This document shows positions 12,485 through 22,371 of a DNA stretch of 64,000 bases, piece by piece; position 1 is the first letter of the stretch, and every line of letters begins with the position of its first letter. The stretch covers positions 471,484-535,483 of the forward strand of contig CAWDNZ010000005.1 in NCBI GenBank assembly GCA_963803845.1, given 5' to 3'. The position numbers and the translations under genes are program-made. The notes beneath the pieces are model-generated. The model ran no database searches and was not told where the DNA came from. It saw nothing but the letters and a program-made list of their open reading frames with translations. Origin of the DNA: an uncultured Acidimicrobiales bacterium. Lineage in GTDB: Bacteria; Actinomycetota; Acidimicrobiia; Acidimicrobiales; SZUA-35.

Positions 12485-13371
12485 CCTCTCCAATCTTCAT
12501 CACCTGCGCTGTGACCGGCTCTGGTGACACCGTCGCCAAGTCCGAGCACGTGCCGGTAACGCCCCAGCAGATCGCCGACGACTGCATATCCGCCGCCCAG
12601 GCGGGCGCCGCCATTGTGCATATTCACGTGCGAAACCCCGAAACCGGCGCTGCCGCTCGGGATGTGTCGTTGTATGCCGAAGCCGTGGCCCTCATCCGCT
12701 CTTCCGATACCGATGTGGTCATCAATCTCACCTCGGGCATGGGCGGCGACCTGACCCTCGGATCGGTGGAAGAACCATTGCCGCTCAGCGAAATCGGCAC
12801 CGACATGGCTGGCGCCAGCGAGCGCGTGGAGCACGTCTTGGCGATCAAACCAGAGATCACCACGCTGGACTGCGGTTCCATGAACTTCGGTCATGGCGAC
12901 TATGTAATGACCAACACGCCCTCGATGCTGGTGGCGATGGGGGAGCTGGTCCGGGACATGGGTGTTCGGCCCGAAATCGAAGTGTTCGACACCGGGCATC
13001 TCTGGCAGGCCAAAAGCTTGGTGAAGGCCGGGATCATCGAGGACCCGGTGATGATCCAGCTTTGTATGGGTATCCCGTGGGGTGCGCCCAACGATCTCAA
13101 CACGTTCATGGCGATGCGCAACAACATCCCGGATGACTGGACCTTCTCCGCCTTCTCCATCGGCGCAGACCAGCTTCGTTATGTTGCGCTCGCGGCGATC
13201 GCCGGTGGCAACGTGCGGGTAGGGCTAGAGGACAACCTCTATCTCACTCGCGGCACCTTGGCTACCAACGCCGATCTGGTGGAGCGGGCGGTGCACATAC
13301 TCAAGGGCATGAACTATGAAATCGCCGGTCCGGACGAGGTCCGTTCCCGGCTCAAACTTCAGCGTCGCTGA
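12481..13371 (+). CDS. beta-keto acid cleavage enzyme (BKACE/DUF849), probable dehydrocarnitine cleavage enzyme
   Basis: IFITCAVTGSGDT...VPVTPQQIADDCISAAQAGAAIVHIHVRNPETG is the DUF849/Kce family N terminus. Start and stop overlap both neighbouring genes. Confidence 0.8.
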   Translation: MTSPIFITCAVTGSGDTVAKSEHVPVTPQQIADDCISAAQAGAAIVHIHVRNPETGAAARDVSLYAEAVALIRSSDTDVVINLTSGMGGDLTLGSVEEPLPLSEIGTDMAGASERVEHVLAIKPEITTLDCGSMNFGHGDYVMTNTPSMLVAMGELVRDMGVRPEIEVFDTGHLWQAKSLVKAGIIEDPVMIQLCMGIPWGAPNDLNTFMAMRNNIPDDWTFSAFSIGADQLRYVALAAIAGGNVRVGLEDNLYLTRGTLATNADLVERAVHILKGMNYEIAGPDEVRSRLKLQRR

Positions 13372-14342
13372 TGTTGGTCTCCCGACCGATGACCATCGGT
13401 GTCGTCGGCGCCGGCGTGATCGGTGCGGGTTGGGCGGCCCGCATGAGACTTGCCGGCCATCACGTCCGCTGGTTCGACCCCAACCCCAGCGCCCAGCCGT
13501 TTCTCGACCGGATCGGCCAGAACGCCGTCCACTCGTGGGAGGGGATGAAATGGCCGATGAGCAGTGAGCCTCTCGAGCGAGCCCCGACGCTTGCCGCAGC
13601 GGTGGCAGATGCCGAACTGGTCATCGAGAGTGTGCCCGAACGACTGGAGATCAAGCGGGCTACGTATACCCAGATCGAATCCGCTGCCCCGGGGTCGGCC
13701 ATCATCGCCTCTTCTACTTCTGGTTTCAAGCCGTCGGTACTGGCCGAGGGTCTCACCAACCCCGAGCGGCTCATTGTGGCCCACCCGTTCAACCCCGTCT
13801 ACCTGATCCCGTTGGTGGAGATTGTGCCCGGCGCCCAAACCTCAGACGCGGTTCGGGACCGGGCGGTAGAGCTCTATGCCGAGGTGGGCATGAAGCCGCT
13901 GGTGGTTCGGAAAGAGATCGATGCCTTTATTGCCGACCGTCTCCTCGAAGCCGTGTGGCGAGAGGCGCTCTGGCTGGTGAATGACGGGATCGCCACCACC
14001 GAGGAGATCGACGATGCGATTCGCTACGGCTTTGGTCTTCGATGGGCCCAGATGGGGTTGTTCGAGACCTACCGAATCGCCGGTGGCGACGGTGGCATGG
14101 GTGCATTCATCGCCCAGTTCGGCGAGGCGCTCGACTGGCCCTGGACCAAGCTGATGGACACGCCCGAACTGACCGATCAACTGGTCGACACAATCGCAAC
14201 TCAGTCCGATGCTCAGTCCGGTCACTTCTCGATCGCCGAACTGGAACGCCACCGGGACGACAACGTTGTGGCCATACTCAACGCCTTGGCCACCAAACGT
14301 TGGGGGGCCGGCGAAGTGGTCCGCCAAAATCGAGTTTCCTAG
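13371..14342 (+). CDS. lcdH: L-carnitine dehydrogenase-like 3-hydroxyacyl-CoA dehydrogenase family protein
   Basis: Rossmann motif IGVVGAGVIGAGWA, IESVPERLEIKR, and C-terminal DWPWTKLMDTPELT. The context is next to the BKACE gene. Confidence 0.7.
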   Translation: MLVSRPMTIGVVGAGVIGAGWAARMRLAGHHVRWFDPNPSAQPFLDRIGQNAVHSWEGMKWPMSSEPLERAPTLAAAVADAELVIESVPERLEIKRATYTQIESAAPGSAIIASSTSGFKPSVLAEGLTNPERLIVAHPFNPVYLIPLVEIVPGAQTSDAVRDRAVELYAEVGMKPLVVRKEIDAFIADRLLEAVWREALWLVNDGIATTEEIDDAIRYGFGLRWAQMGLFETYRIAGGDGGMGAFIAQFGEALDWPWTKLMDTPELTDQLVDTIATQSDAQSGHFSIAELERHRDDNVVAILNALATKRWGAGEVVRQNRVS

Positions 14343-14380
14343 ACCCCTCGCACGTGAGCGGCGGTGGTGCTGTCTCGGTT

Positions 14381-15049
14381 TCAGCCGTTGACGAGAATTC
14401 GTTCGGAAGCGAACTTGCCGAGACCGATCGCCGAGCCACCGACCTCTACTGTGGTGGTGCCGTCCGGGGAGATGGCCAACACCGTGCCCGACACGCCCGG
14501 CAGGAGGTTGGATTCCTCCAGGTACTCCAGCATTCCGCTGCGGAACTCCAGCTCTTCCGGAATCCGGGCAACGGCGAACTCGGATCCGACCCCAACCTCG
14601 GAAAGTGGCACCGTCCGCAGCTCGATGTAGTCGCTTCCAGGAATTGGATTCCCGTGCGGGCAGGTGGTGGGATTCTCCATGAGATCCAGCATTGCGGTCT
14701 CCACCTGGGGGCTGATGACATGTTCCCACTTACCGGCCTCGTGGTGGGCGCTGGCCCAGGAGAGACCGAGTACATCCGTGAGGAACCGTTCGGCCACCCG
14801 GTGGCGGCGCACCATGGTGGTGGCCAGCGAACGACCCGAGGCCGTGAGCTTGATCTCGGTGCCTTCGTGGGCGATCAGACCCTCTTCTTCCATCCGGCGA
14901 ACCATCTCCGATACCGCTGGCCGGGAGACCTCGATTCGTTCAGCGATCCGGGCTTGGATGACCTTTACTCCATCTTCGGCTAGTTCGAAAATGGTTTCGC
15001 AGTATTCCTCGAACGCCGGATGGTGCTCGGGTGAAGTGTAAGCGACCAT
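14381..15049 (-). CDS. DtxR/IdeR/MntR-family metal-dependent transcriptional repressor with C-terminal SH3-like (FeoA) domain
   Basis: EEYCETIFEL...RIAERIEVSRPAVSEMVRRMEEEGLI (wHTH), then RHRVAERFLTDVLGL...HEAGKWEHV and CPHGNPIP metal-site motifs. Confidence 0.85.
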   Translation of the reverse strand: MVAYTSPEHHPAFEEYCETIFELAEDGVKVIQARIAERIEVSRPAVSEMVRRMEEEGLIAHEGTEIKLTASGRSLATTMVRRHRVAERFLTDVLGLSWASAHHEAGKWEHVISPQVETAMLDLMENPTTCPHGNPIPGSDYIELRTVPLSEVGVGSEFAVARIPEELEFRSGMLEYLEESNLLPGVSGTVLAISPDGTTTVEVGGSAIGLGKFASERILVNG

Positions 15050-15096
15050 GGCTCCAGCTTACTGTGGCCCCGCGTTGGCGGTTGGTTCGAAGAAGC

Positions 15097-15118
15097 GTAA
15101 ATGTTCAGCTTCCTTTAC
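15097..15118. promoter_or_regulatory. imperfect palindrome GTAAA-N12-TTTAC upstream of the DtxR-family gene (possible operator)
   Basis: Read directly from the sequence, about 50-70 nt upstream of the repressor start. It has no match to a consensus I can name. Confidence 0.2.
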
Positions 15119-15195
15119 ATTGCCTGGTTGGTGAGGTGACGATCCGCATGGGCTCGGCCTCGCTAGGCGTTTGCGTTGTCACAAAGCCGGGGCGC

Positions 15196-16154
15196 CTACT
15201 TCTCGGCTTTCACCAACTCGGCTGCTTCCAGCACGTCGGAGCGTTCGATTGTGATCACGCTGGCTCGATCGAGCGAGGCGACCGAGCCCGAGTGTGAGAG
15301 TCGCACCGCTTGTTGGGCCATCGATTGTTCGAACAGGTTGCGGGCATACCGGGCGTTGCCGAAATGGTCGGTGCGGTGGACTTGGAGGAACAGTGCCCGA
15401 AGTGTGTCGGCGGTTCCCTCGCCGAGCCGGTAATCCGCCTCGCGCGCCATTGTCCGGGTGATCTCCACTAGCTCTTCGGTGGTGTAGTCAGGGAACGAGA
15501 TCTCGCGAGAGAAACGGGACCGAAGACCGGGGTTGGATTCCAGGAACGACCGCATCAACTTGGGGTAACCGGCCACGATGATCACGAGTTGGCCCCGGTA
15601 GTCCTCCATTCGTTTCAGCAGGATCTCGATCGCCTCGGGGCCGAAGTCGTTACCGACGGCGAGACCTTTGGCGACAGCGAGTAGGCCTCGTCGATGAAGA
15701 GAACGCCGTCGAGGGCTCGTTTGATCGCCCGGTTGGTTTTGAAGGCGGTGTGGCCGACGTACTGGCCCACCAGTGCCGCTCGGTCCACCTCGATGAGGTG
15801 ACCTCGATCCAACAGGCCAACCGAGCCGTACATCTCGGCCAGGAGTCTGGCCACTGTGGTCTTGCCGGTGCCGGGATTCCCAAGGAAGACCAGATGCTGG
15901 CTGGTGGTGACGTCGGCCAGACCGTGTTCCTTCCGGCGAGCCTTGACTTCGAGCAATGCGACCTGCGCTTTCAGCTGTTCCTTCACTGAGTCCAGACCAA
16001 CCAGCGCATCGAGATCAGCCTGGATCGCGTCGATGCTGCGAGGCTTGATTCGGGTGAGTTCTGGTTCGGTACGCCGAAGGCGACGTTCAGCAGACTGGCG
16101 GGCCTTCTTCGCGGTCTGTTGCGCTCGCTGTTTGATTTTGTCTCGGCGGTCCAT
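15196..16154 (-). pseudogene. AAA+ ATPase (CbxX/SpoVK/EccA-like) interrupted by a 1-nt frameshift near 15650-15700
   Basis: ORF 16154->15615 carries Walker [10 protein letters not shown] and Walker [10 protein letters not shown], then runs into a stop. The expected continuation ...[31 protein letters not shown]... is in another frame (ORF 15609->15196). Confidence 0.8.
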
Positions 16155-16301
16155 GCAGTCTCAACGGTACCCGTACTCAGTCTGAGGCGGGGGAGGGTGG
16201 TGGGCCGCTGTCGTTTGGCGTTCTGTCTGCTGAGGGTGGCATTTCTTCCTGATGCCTGCCGTACGTGACACGGTGCGCCGGGTTCAGCAGAAACTAGGGG
16301 G

Positions 16302-17177
16302 TTAGAGGAGGGTTTGTTCGAGGAGGTCGTCGATGTCGACGCCATAGGAGAGATTTGGCGAAACCCGGCCATCGATGTTCAGGACCGAACCGAGAAAGGC
16401 GCCCAGGTCCGCGTAGGCGGAGTGTTCGGCGGCCATCACATCGGCGAATACCCACACGCCGGTTTGGGTCGGCGTGATCTCCAGCGTGGTCAGTAGGGCC
16501 AGCAGCTTGGTGTGGGCTTCGGCCATCTTCTGGGGTGAGTTGGGGATGGTGTTCACAATGATCGACGGATGCGGGGGCACCAGCAGCGCGGCGGTGTGCA
16601 GGATCCGACCGTCGGCCAGCTGCGTCATGAGCGTCATGGACCCCGTGGCGTGACTCACGGCGGCCAGCACAACACCGGAGCGAGAGTGAAAAAGATCGAA
16701 CACTGGTGACGGGTCGGCGTTTGGATCATGCACCGTGATGGTGCGGGCCAGCTTCCAGCCATCTAGTGCCTCAAGGACATCGGCCGGGTGGTCCCCGTTT
16801 ACCTCGAATTCGGGTCCGTTGGCGCCCAGATCGTTGTGGTGCAGCGGCCGAAACTGAAACGGCGACTCGATGTATCCGGACAGGAAGTGATAGCTCAGCG
16901 GGTTTGTAGTGGTGGCCACGGCGAGGCGGGTGAGAGCGATGACCTGGCCCAGAACCGCGGCCCACGGGAGGGCGGTGACCGGTTCCAAATCGGTGAGGAT
17001 CGTGAGGTAGGTGAACGAGATCAGCGTCCCGATCACCGCGGTGACGATGCAGCTCGCCAGCAGCGCATCGCTGAGGTATTGGCGGATCCACCGCAAACTC
17101 CTACTCACCCGCTCTACTTCGACACCAAACCCCACCCACCTAACCCCAACCCCCCAAATTCCTGTTGACAGCCACAA
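16302..17177 (-). CDS. hypothetical membrane-anchored protein (start uncertain)
   Basis: Two hydrophobic segments (LLASCIVTAVIGTLISFTYL, ALPWAAVLGQVIALTRLAV) then a roughly 200-aa soluble domain. It lies upstream of the AAA+ gene on the same strand. The TTG at 17177 overlaps the glcB-upstream repeats, so the true start is probably an internal GTG. Confidence 0.5.
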   Translation of the reverse strand: MWLSTGIWGVGVRWVGFGVEVERVSRSLRWIRQYLSDALLASCIVTAVIGTLISFTYLTILTDLEPVTALPWAAVLGQVIALTRLAVATTTNPLSYHFLSGYIESPFQFRPLHHNDLGANGPEFEVNGDHPADVLEALDGWKLARTITVHDPNADPSPVFDLFHSRSGVVLAAVSHATGSMTLMTQLADGRILHTAALLVPPHPSIIVNTIPNSPQKMAEAHTKLLALLTTLEITPTQTGVWVFADVMAAEHSAYADLGAFLGSVLNIDGRVSPNLSYGVDIDDLLEQTLL

Positions 17178-17231
17178 TCTCTGTGGTTCTCAACAGGAAT
17201 TTGCCTCAATTGTGGTTGGTGACAGGAATTT
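17156..17231. repeat. three copies of a roughly 22-nt unit (TTGTGG-N3/4-T[C/G]AACAGGAATTT), the first inverted: 17156-17178 (-), 17182-17202 (+), 17209-17231 (+)
   Basis: Read directly: AAATTCCTGTTGAcagCCACAAT / TGTGGttcTCAACAGGAATTT / ATTGTGGttggTGACAGGAATTT. The array sits about 70 nt upstream of the glcB start. Confidence 0.8.
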
Positions 17232-17300
17232 CAGCGTGAATCGAGCCTGCGGTGCCCGATCGGTTTGGCGCTGAATGCTGCCTGGGGGATGATGTGAGGT

Positions 17301-19499
17301 GTGGTTGAGACCTACGTCACCGTTGGGGAATTGCAGTACGGCGAGTCGCTGCACCGCTTCATCGTCGACGAGGCGTTGCCCGGATCGGGAGTTTCTGCGG
17401 ACGCCTTCTTCGGTGGCATGGACCGCCTGATCAGCCGCTTTGGCGGGAAGAACGCCGAACTGCTGGCGGAACGGAATCGGCTGCAGTCGGCGATCGATGG
17501 CTGGCATCGTGAACGGGCCGGCCAGCCCCATGATGCGGCCGCCTATAAGGCGTTTCTGGAAGAGATCGGGTATCTCCTGCCGCCGGCGGAGGACGTGCAG
17601 GTGGCAACGGTCAACGTCGACCCCGAGATCGCCCTGGTCGCTGGGCCTCAGCTGGTGGTGCCGGTGATGAATGCCCGCTATGCGATCAATGCTGCCAATG
17701 CCCGCTGGGGTTCTCTCTATGACGCCCTGTATGGAACCGACGCGATGGGGGACCTTCCCGCCCCCGGCCCGTATGATCCGGCCCGCGGGGACCGGGTCAT
17801 CGCCTTCGCCAAAGCCTTTCTAGATGACGTTGTCCCGCTGACACAGGGGTCGCATGCCGATGCGGTTCGTTATCGAATCGAAAGCGGCTCACTGGTCGCC
17901 GACCTCGGCGACGGGCAGTTCTCGGGACTTGATGACCCGGAACTCTTCCAGGGCTACCGAGGCGATGCGACCGAACCGACCCACGTTTTGCTTCGTCACC
18001 ACGGGCTTGGTATTCAACTGCTGGTCGATCGGGACCACGATGTTGGCTCGGCCGATTCGGCTGGGGTGGCCGACGTGATCATGGAGTCGGCCCTCACCAG
18101 CATCATGGACTGTGAGGATTCGGTGGCTGCGGTGGATGCCGAAGACAAAGCACTCGCGTACCGGAACTGGCTGGGTCTGTTGCGCGGCGATCTCGAAGAA
18201 GTTGTCACCAAGGGCGACCGAACGTTCACGCGGACCATGGCACCCGACGAGACCTTCATCAGCCCTGACGGCACGGGCACGGTGACCGTTCCCGGCAGAG
18301 CCGTGATGCTGGTTCGCAACGTCGGCCACCTCATGACAACATCCGCAGTGCTCACCGCCGACGGCGCCCAGATCCCCGAGGGGCTCTTGGACTCGATGAT
18401 GACCACCCTCTGCGGGCTGCACGATCTTCGAGCCAGTGGCGGCAAACGGAACTCGCGAACCGGGAGTTTCTACGTAGTCAAGCCGAAGATGCACGGCCCG
18501 GCAGAAGTGGCGTTCACCGATCAGGTCTTCACGTTCGTGGAAGGGGTTCTCGGTCTCGAAGCCAACACGGTGAAGCTGGGCATCATGGACGAGGAACGGC
18601 GGACCACGCTTAACCTTGCTGCCTGCATCGAGGCGGCAAAGGATCGGGTGGCGTTCATCAACACCGGGTTCCTCGACCGCACCGGAGACGAGATCCACAC
18701 CTCCATGGAGGCCGGACCCATGGTGCGCAAGGCCGACATGAAGGCCCAGCGGTGGATCAATGCCTATGAGGACTGGAACGTGGACACCGGACTGGCCTGT
18801 GGGCTTCGGGGCCGCGCCCAGATCGGTAAGGGAATGTGGGCCGCCCCCGATCGCATGGCGGCAATGCTGGCGGAGAAGATCGGCCATCCCCGGGCAGGAG
18901 CGAACTGCGCATGGGTTCCATCGCCAACTGCGGCAACGCTGCACGCCACCCACTATCACCGGGTGTTGGTGGACGATGTGCAGGCAAACCTGCAGGTAAA
19001 CCTCTCTAGCGACGGCCCCCGGGCAACAGTCGATGATCTTCTGCGAATTCCCGTTGCTGCCAACCAACCGTGGAGCGACGAAGACATCCAGGCCGAACTG
19101 GACAACAACGCCCAGGGCATCCTCGGCTACGTGGTCCGCTGGGTTGATCAGGGCGTTGGCTGCTCCAAGGTGCCCGATATCAATGATGTTGGCCTCATGG
19201 AGGATCGCGCCACCTGTCGGATCTCCAGCCAGCACATGGCCAATTGGTTGCGTCATGGTGTGGTCGACGCCGGCCGCATACAGAACACCATGAAGAAGAT
19301 GGCTGCAGTGGTGGATGGCCAGAACGCCGGCGATGACGCCTATGAACCGATGGCTCCCGACTTCGACGGACCGGCCTTTCGGGCCGCGTGCGAGCTTGTA
19401 CTCAGCGGAACCGAACAGCCATCGGGCTATACCGAACCCATACTTCACACCCGCCGCCTCCAGAAAAAGGCCAGTGAACGAACAAAGGAAAACGGATGA
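17301..19499 (+). CDS. glcB: malate synthase G
   Basis: 732 aa. The N terminus [25 protein letters not shown] and overall length are typical of the MSG family. Confidence 0.9.
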   Translation: MVETYVTVGELQYGESLHRFIVDEALPGSGVSADAFFGGMDRLISRFGGKNAELLAERNRLQSAIDGWHRERAGQPHDAAAYKAFLEEIGYLLPPAEDVQVATVNVDPEIALVAGPQLVVPVMNARYAINAANARWGSLYDALYGTDAMGDLPAPGPYDPARGDRVIAFAKAFLDDVVPLTQGSHADAVRYRIESGSLVADLGDGQFSGLDDPELFQGYRGDATEPTHVLLRHHGLGIQLLVDRDHDVGSADSAGVADVIMESALTSIMDCEDSVAAVDAEDKALAYRNWLGLLRGDLEEVVTKGDRTFTRTMAPDETFISPDGTGTVTVPGRAVMLVRNVGHLMTTSAVLTADGAQIPEGLLDSMMTTLCGLHDLRASGGKRNSRTGSFYVVKPKMHGPAEVAFTDQVFTFVEGVLGLEANTVKLGIMDEERRTTLNLAACIEAAKDRVAFINTGFLDRTGDEIHTSMEAGPMVRKADMKAQRWINAYEDWNVDTGLACGLRGRAQIGKGMWAAPDRMAAMLAEKIGHPRAGANCAWVPSPTAATLHATHYHRVLVDDVQANLQVNLSSDGPRATVDDLLRIPVAANQPWSDEDIQAELDNNAQGILGYVVRWVDQGVGCSKVPDINDVGLMEDRATCRISSQHMANWLRHGVVDAGRIQNTMKKMAAVVDGQNAGDDAYEPMAPDFDGPAFRAACELVLSGTEQPSGYTEPILHTRRLQKKASERTKENG

Positions 19500-19921
19500 G
19501 TATTACCCTGGATCAGGCCCGCACCATCATCACAGCCACTCGGGCGTCCGGCGCCGAGCACAACCTCAAGCCGCTCTCGGTGGTTGTGCTCGACGCCGGT
19601 GGTCACGTGACCGCATTCGAGCGCGAAGATGGGTCGTCAAACAAACGTTTCGAGATCGCCCACGGCAAGGCCCACGGGGCTGTGGCGTTGGGGATGGGAA
19701 GCAGAGCCATGATGAACCGGGCCGAAACCCAGCCGTACTTCATCGCCGCCGCCGGTGCCGTGGCTGGACCGCTGGTGCCAGTGCCCGGCGGGGTCCTGGT
19801 CAAGAATGCCGACGGTCTCACGATTGGGGCGGTTGGTGTAAGCGGCGACACGTCGGACAACGACGAGATTGCAGCAGTAGCCGGAATTCAGGCGGCGGGA
19901 CTTGAAGCGGTGACCGGATGA
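19496..19921 (+). CDS. glcG: GlcG/HbpS-like heme-binding protein (DUF336)
   Basis: 141 aa, with [17 protein letters not shown] as the DUF336 motif. Start and stop overlap glcB and glcD. Confidence 0.8.
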   Translation: MSITLDQARTIITATRASGAEHNLKPLSVVVLDAGGHVTAFEREDGSSNKRFEIAHGKAHGAVALGMGSRAMMNRAETQPYFIAAAGAVAGPLVPVPGGVLVKNADGLTIGAVGVSGDTSDNDEIAAVAGIQAAGLEAVTG

Positions 19922-21432
19922 GCGTCGTCGCTGGCCTCCGCCGTCGTATTGCCGAGGTTCTGCCCCGCTTGGTCGAGCCCCTGACCGAAGAGGAGGCCGC
20001 GATCCAGGACCTTCTTTCCGATCTGCGGACCGCCCTCAGCCCCGAGCGGGTGCAGTTCGACGCCGCCGGTCGTTCGCTCCATAGCAAGGACGCTTCGGTC
20101 TTCAAAGGCGGTGTTGCGGGACCCACGTGTTTCCCGATCACGACCGCCGAGGTACAGGCAATCATGCGTATCGCCGCCGAACACGGACGGGCCACGGTTC
20201 CTCGCGGTGCCGGCACGGGACTGGCCGGGGGAGCGATCCCGCTGGGCGCTCCGGTGGTAGTGGTTCTGACGAAGATGAACAACATTCTGGAAATCGACGT
20301 TGACAACCGCATCGCCTGGGTGGAACCAGGCGTGGTCAACCTCGACCTCACTCGCCACCTCACTCCCATGGGATACCACTTCGCCCCGGACCCAAGCAGC
20401 CAGCAGGTGTGCACAATCGGCGGCAACGTCGCCAATAACTCCGGTGGTCCGCACTGCCTGGCCTACGGCGTCACCAATGCCCACGTGCAGGCCATGGAGG
20501 TGGTGCTGCCGGACGGACAGGTGGCCATGCTCGGCGGGCTGGACCCCGAACCGGCCGGGCTAGATCTGCGGGGCGTTTTCGTCGGTAGCGAAGGCACGCT
20601 TGGCATTTGCACCAAGGTGGCGGTCCGAATCACCCGCAACCGACCCGCGGTGAAGACATTGCTGCTCAGCTTCAACACCATCGCCGACGCCGCCAATACC
20701 GTCTCTGGCATCATCGCCGCCGGCATCGTTCCGGCGGCCTTGGAAGTGATGGATCAGAAGATCACCGTGGCCGTGGAAAACTATGTGAACGCCGGCTACC
20801 CCCGCGACGCCGGAGCAGTACTTCTGGCCGAGGTGGACGGGTACGCCTATGGCATCGCCATCGACGCCGCCAGCATTGCGGCCATCGGCCAAGCGAACGG
20901 GGCGCTGGAGATCAGAGAGGCTGCCACCGAGGAAGAGCGAGCGCTGTTGTGGAAGGGTCGTAAAACCGCCTTCGGGGCCATCGCCCAACTCGCCCCGGAC
21001 TACTACCTGCATGACACGGTGGTGCCCCGTTCGGAACTGGCCAACGTGCTCGCCAAGGTCTACGAGATCGCCGACCGCTATGACCTGGTGGTCATGAACG
21101 TTTTCCATGCCGGCGATGGAAACCTTCATCCGCTCTTACTGTTCGATGCTCGGGACGATGGGGTGCTGGACCGGGTGCACGCCGCCGGTAAGGAGATCGT
21201 GGAGGCATCGATGGATGCCGGGGGAGTGCTGTCGGGCGAGCACGGGGTTGGCGTGGAGAAGCAGGCTTACATGGGTCGTATGTTCTCCGATGACGACCTG
21301 GACCATCAGGATCGCCTGCGGAAAGCATTCGACCCCACCTGCCGGGCCAATCCCGGGAAAGTGATTCCAATGGGTCACAGCTGTGCCGATATCCAAGCGC
21401 TCCGCCGGGTTCCCACGGGAGTCTGGGGATGA
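19918..21432 (+). CDS. glcD: glycolate oxidase subunit GlcD (FAD-linked oxidase)
   Basis: FAD-binding PCMH domain (PRGAGTGLAGGAIP), HAGDGNLHP and GVLSGEHGVG motifs. Confidence 0.9.
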   Translation: MSVVAGLRRRIAEVLPRLVEPLTEEEAAIQDLLSDLRTALSPERVQFDAAGRSLHSKDASVFKGGVAGPTCFPITTAEVQAIMRIAAEHGRATVPRGAGTGLAGGAIPLGAPVVVVLTKMNNILEIDVDNRIAWVEPGVVNLDLTRHLTPMGYHFAPDPSSQQVCTIGGNVANNSGGPHCLAYGVTNAHVQAMEVVLPDGQVAMLGGLDPEPAGLDLRGVFVGSEGTLGICTKVAVRITRNRPAVKTLLLSFNTIADAANTVSGIIAAGIVPAALEVMDQKITVAVENYVNAGYPRDAGAVLLAEVDGYAYGIAIDAASIAAIGQANGALEIREAATEEERALLWKGRKTAFGAIAQLAPDYYLHDTVVPRSELANVLAKVYEIADRYDLVVMNVFHAGDGNLHPLLLFDARDDGVLDRVHAAGKEIVEASMDAGGVLSGEHGVGVEKQAYMGRMFSDDDLDHQDRLRKAFDPTCRANPGKVIPMGHSCADIQALRRVPTGVWG

Positions 21433-22367
21433 ATGCTTCCGGACTTGCCGGTAGGACGATCACCCATGAGGTGAAGCATTTCGCCACGCTTGTTGGAAGC
21501 GACGATCCTGTTGCCGTCGAGGGCAACAGGACGCGTTGGGCCACCGGTGGACCAACCATGGGCTCGCCCCGGATCATCAAAGCCCCGGCGGGGGTGGTCC
21601 AGTACCAACCCGACGAGATGACCGTCAAAGTCTTGGCGGGGACCACGGTGGCGGAATTGGATCGTGCACTTGCGGAAGAAGGTCAGCGGACCGCTCTTCC
21701 CCAACGGGGCGGCACGGTGGGCGGCGCTCTGGCCGTCGGTGAGAACCACTCGAACATGCTGGCCGTTGGCGCCCTCCGGAACGCCGTTCTGAAGGTCACC
21801 TACATCTCCGCCGATGGCAAAGTGGTCTCCGGCGGCGGCGCAACCGTGAAGAACGTCTCGGGGTTTGACATTCCCCGCCTGATCGTTGGCTCACTCGGGA
21901 CCCTGGGGTGCATCGCTGAAGTGATCCTGCGCACCAACCCGATTCCGCCGGTCAGCCGCTGGTTCCACACCGGCGCGGACCCCTTCGTTGTTTACAACGA
22001 ACTCCTGGATCCTGGCGCGATCCTTTGGGACGGCACCGCCACCTGGTTATTGCTGGAGGGCCACGAGGTAGACGTGGATCAGCAGGCATCGGCCGTCGCC
22101 GGATTAGGCGAACTCACCGCTGTCGACGGGCCGCCCGAAGAACCGGGATTGCACCGGTGGTCGTTGCCGCCAGCCGATCTCAGAGCGGCCATGGCAAACT
22201 TCGACGGGCCCGCTCTCGCTTCGATTGGCGTTGGCACCGTGTGGGCCAGCGAACCCCAGCCCGAGAGCCCGTTCTCGCCTGCAGTTGAGTCGATACACGA
22301 TCGCATGAAAACATTCTTCGACCCCGGCCGGCGCCTCAATCCCGGTCGTCAACCGGGCAGAGGGTAA
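21429..22367 (+). CDS. glcE: glycolate oxidase FAD-binding subunit GlcE
   Basis: VKNVSGFDIPRLIVGSLGTLG is an FAD_binding_4-type motif. The gene sits between glcD and glcF with a start overlap. Confidence 0.75.
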   Translation: MNASGLAGRTITHEVKHFATLVGSDDPVAVEGNRTRWATGGPTMGSPRIIKAPAGVVQYQPDEMTVKVLAGTTVAELDRALAEEGQRTALPQRGGTVGGALAVGENHSNMLAVGALRNAVLKVTYISADGKVVSGGGATVKNVSGFDIPRLIVGSLGTLGCIAEVILRTNPIPPVSRWFHTGADPFVVYNELLDPGAILWDGTATWLLLEGHEVDVDQQASAVAGLGELTAVDGPPEEPGLHRWSLPPADLRAAMANFDGPALASIGVGTVWASEPQPESPFSPAVESIHDRMKTFFDPGRRLNPGRQPGRG

Positions 22368-22371
22368 CGCC

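Noticed and set aside
17889-19448. 519-aa ORF antisense to glcB
   Set aside because: It is opposite a full-length malate synthase G, with a Gly/His/Arg/Val-rich composition and no motifs.
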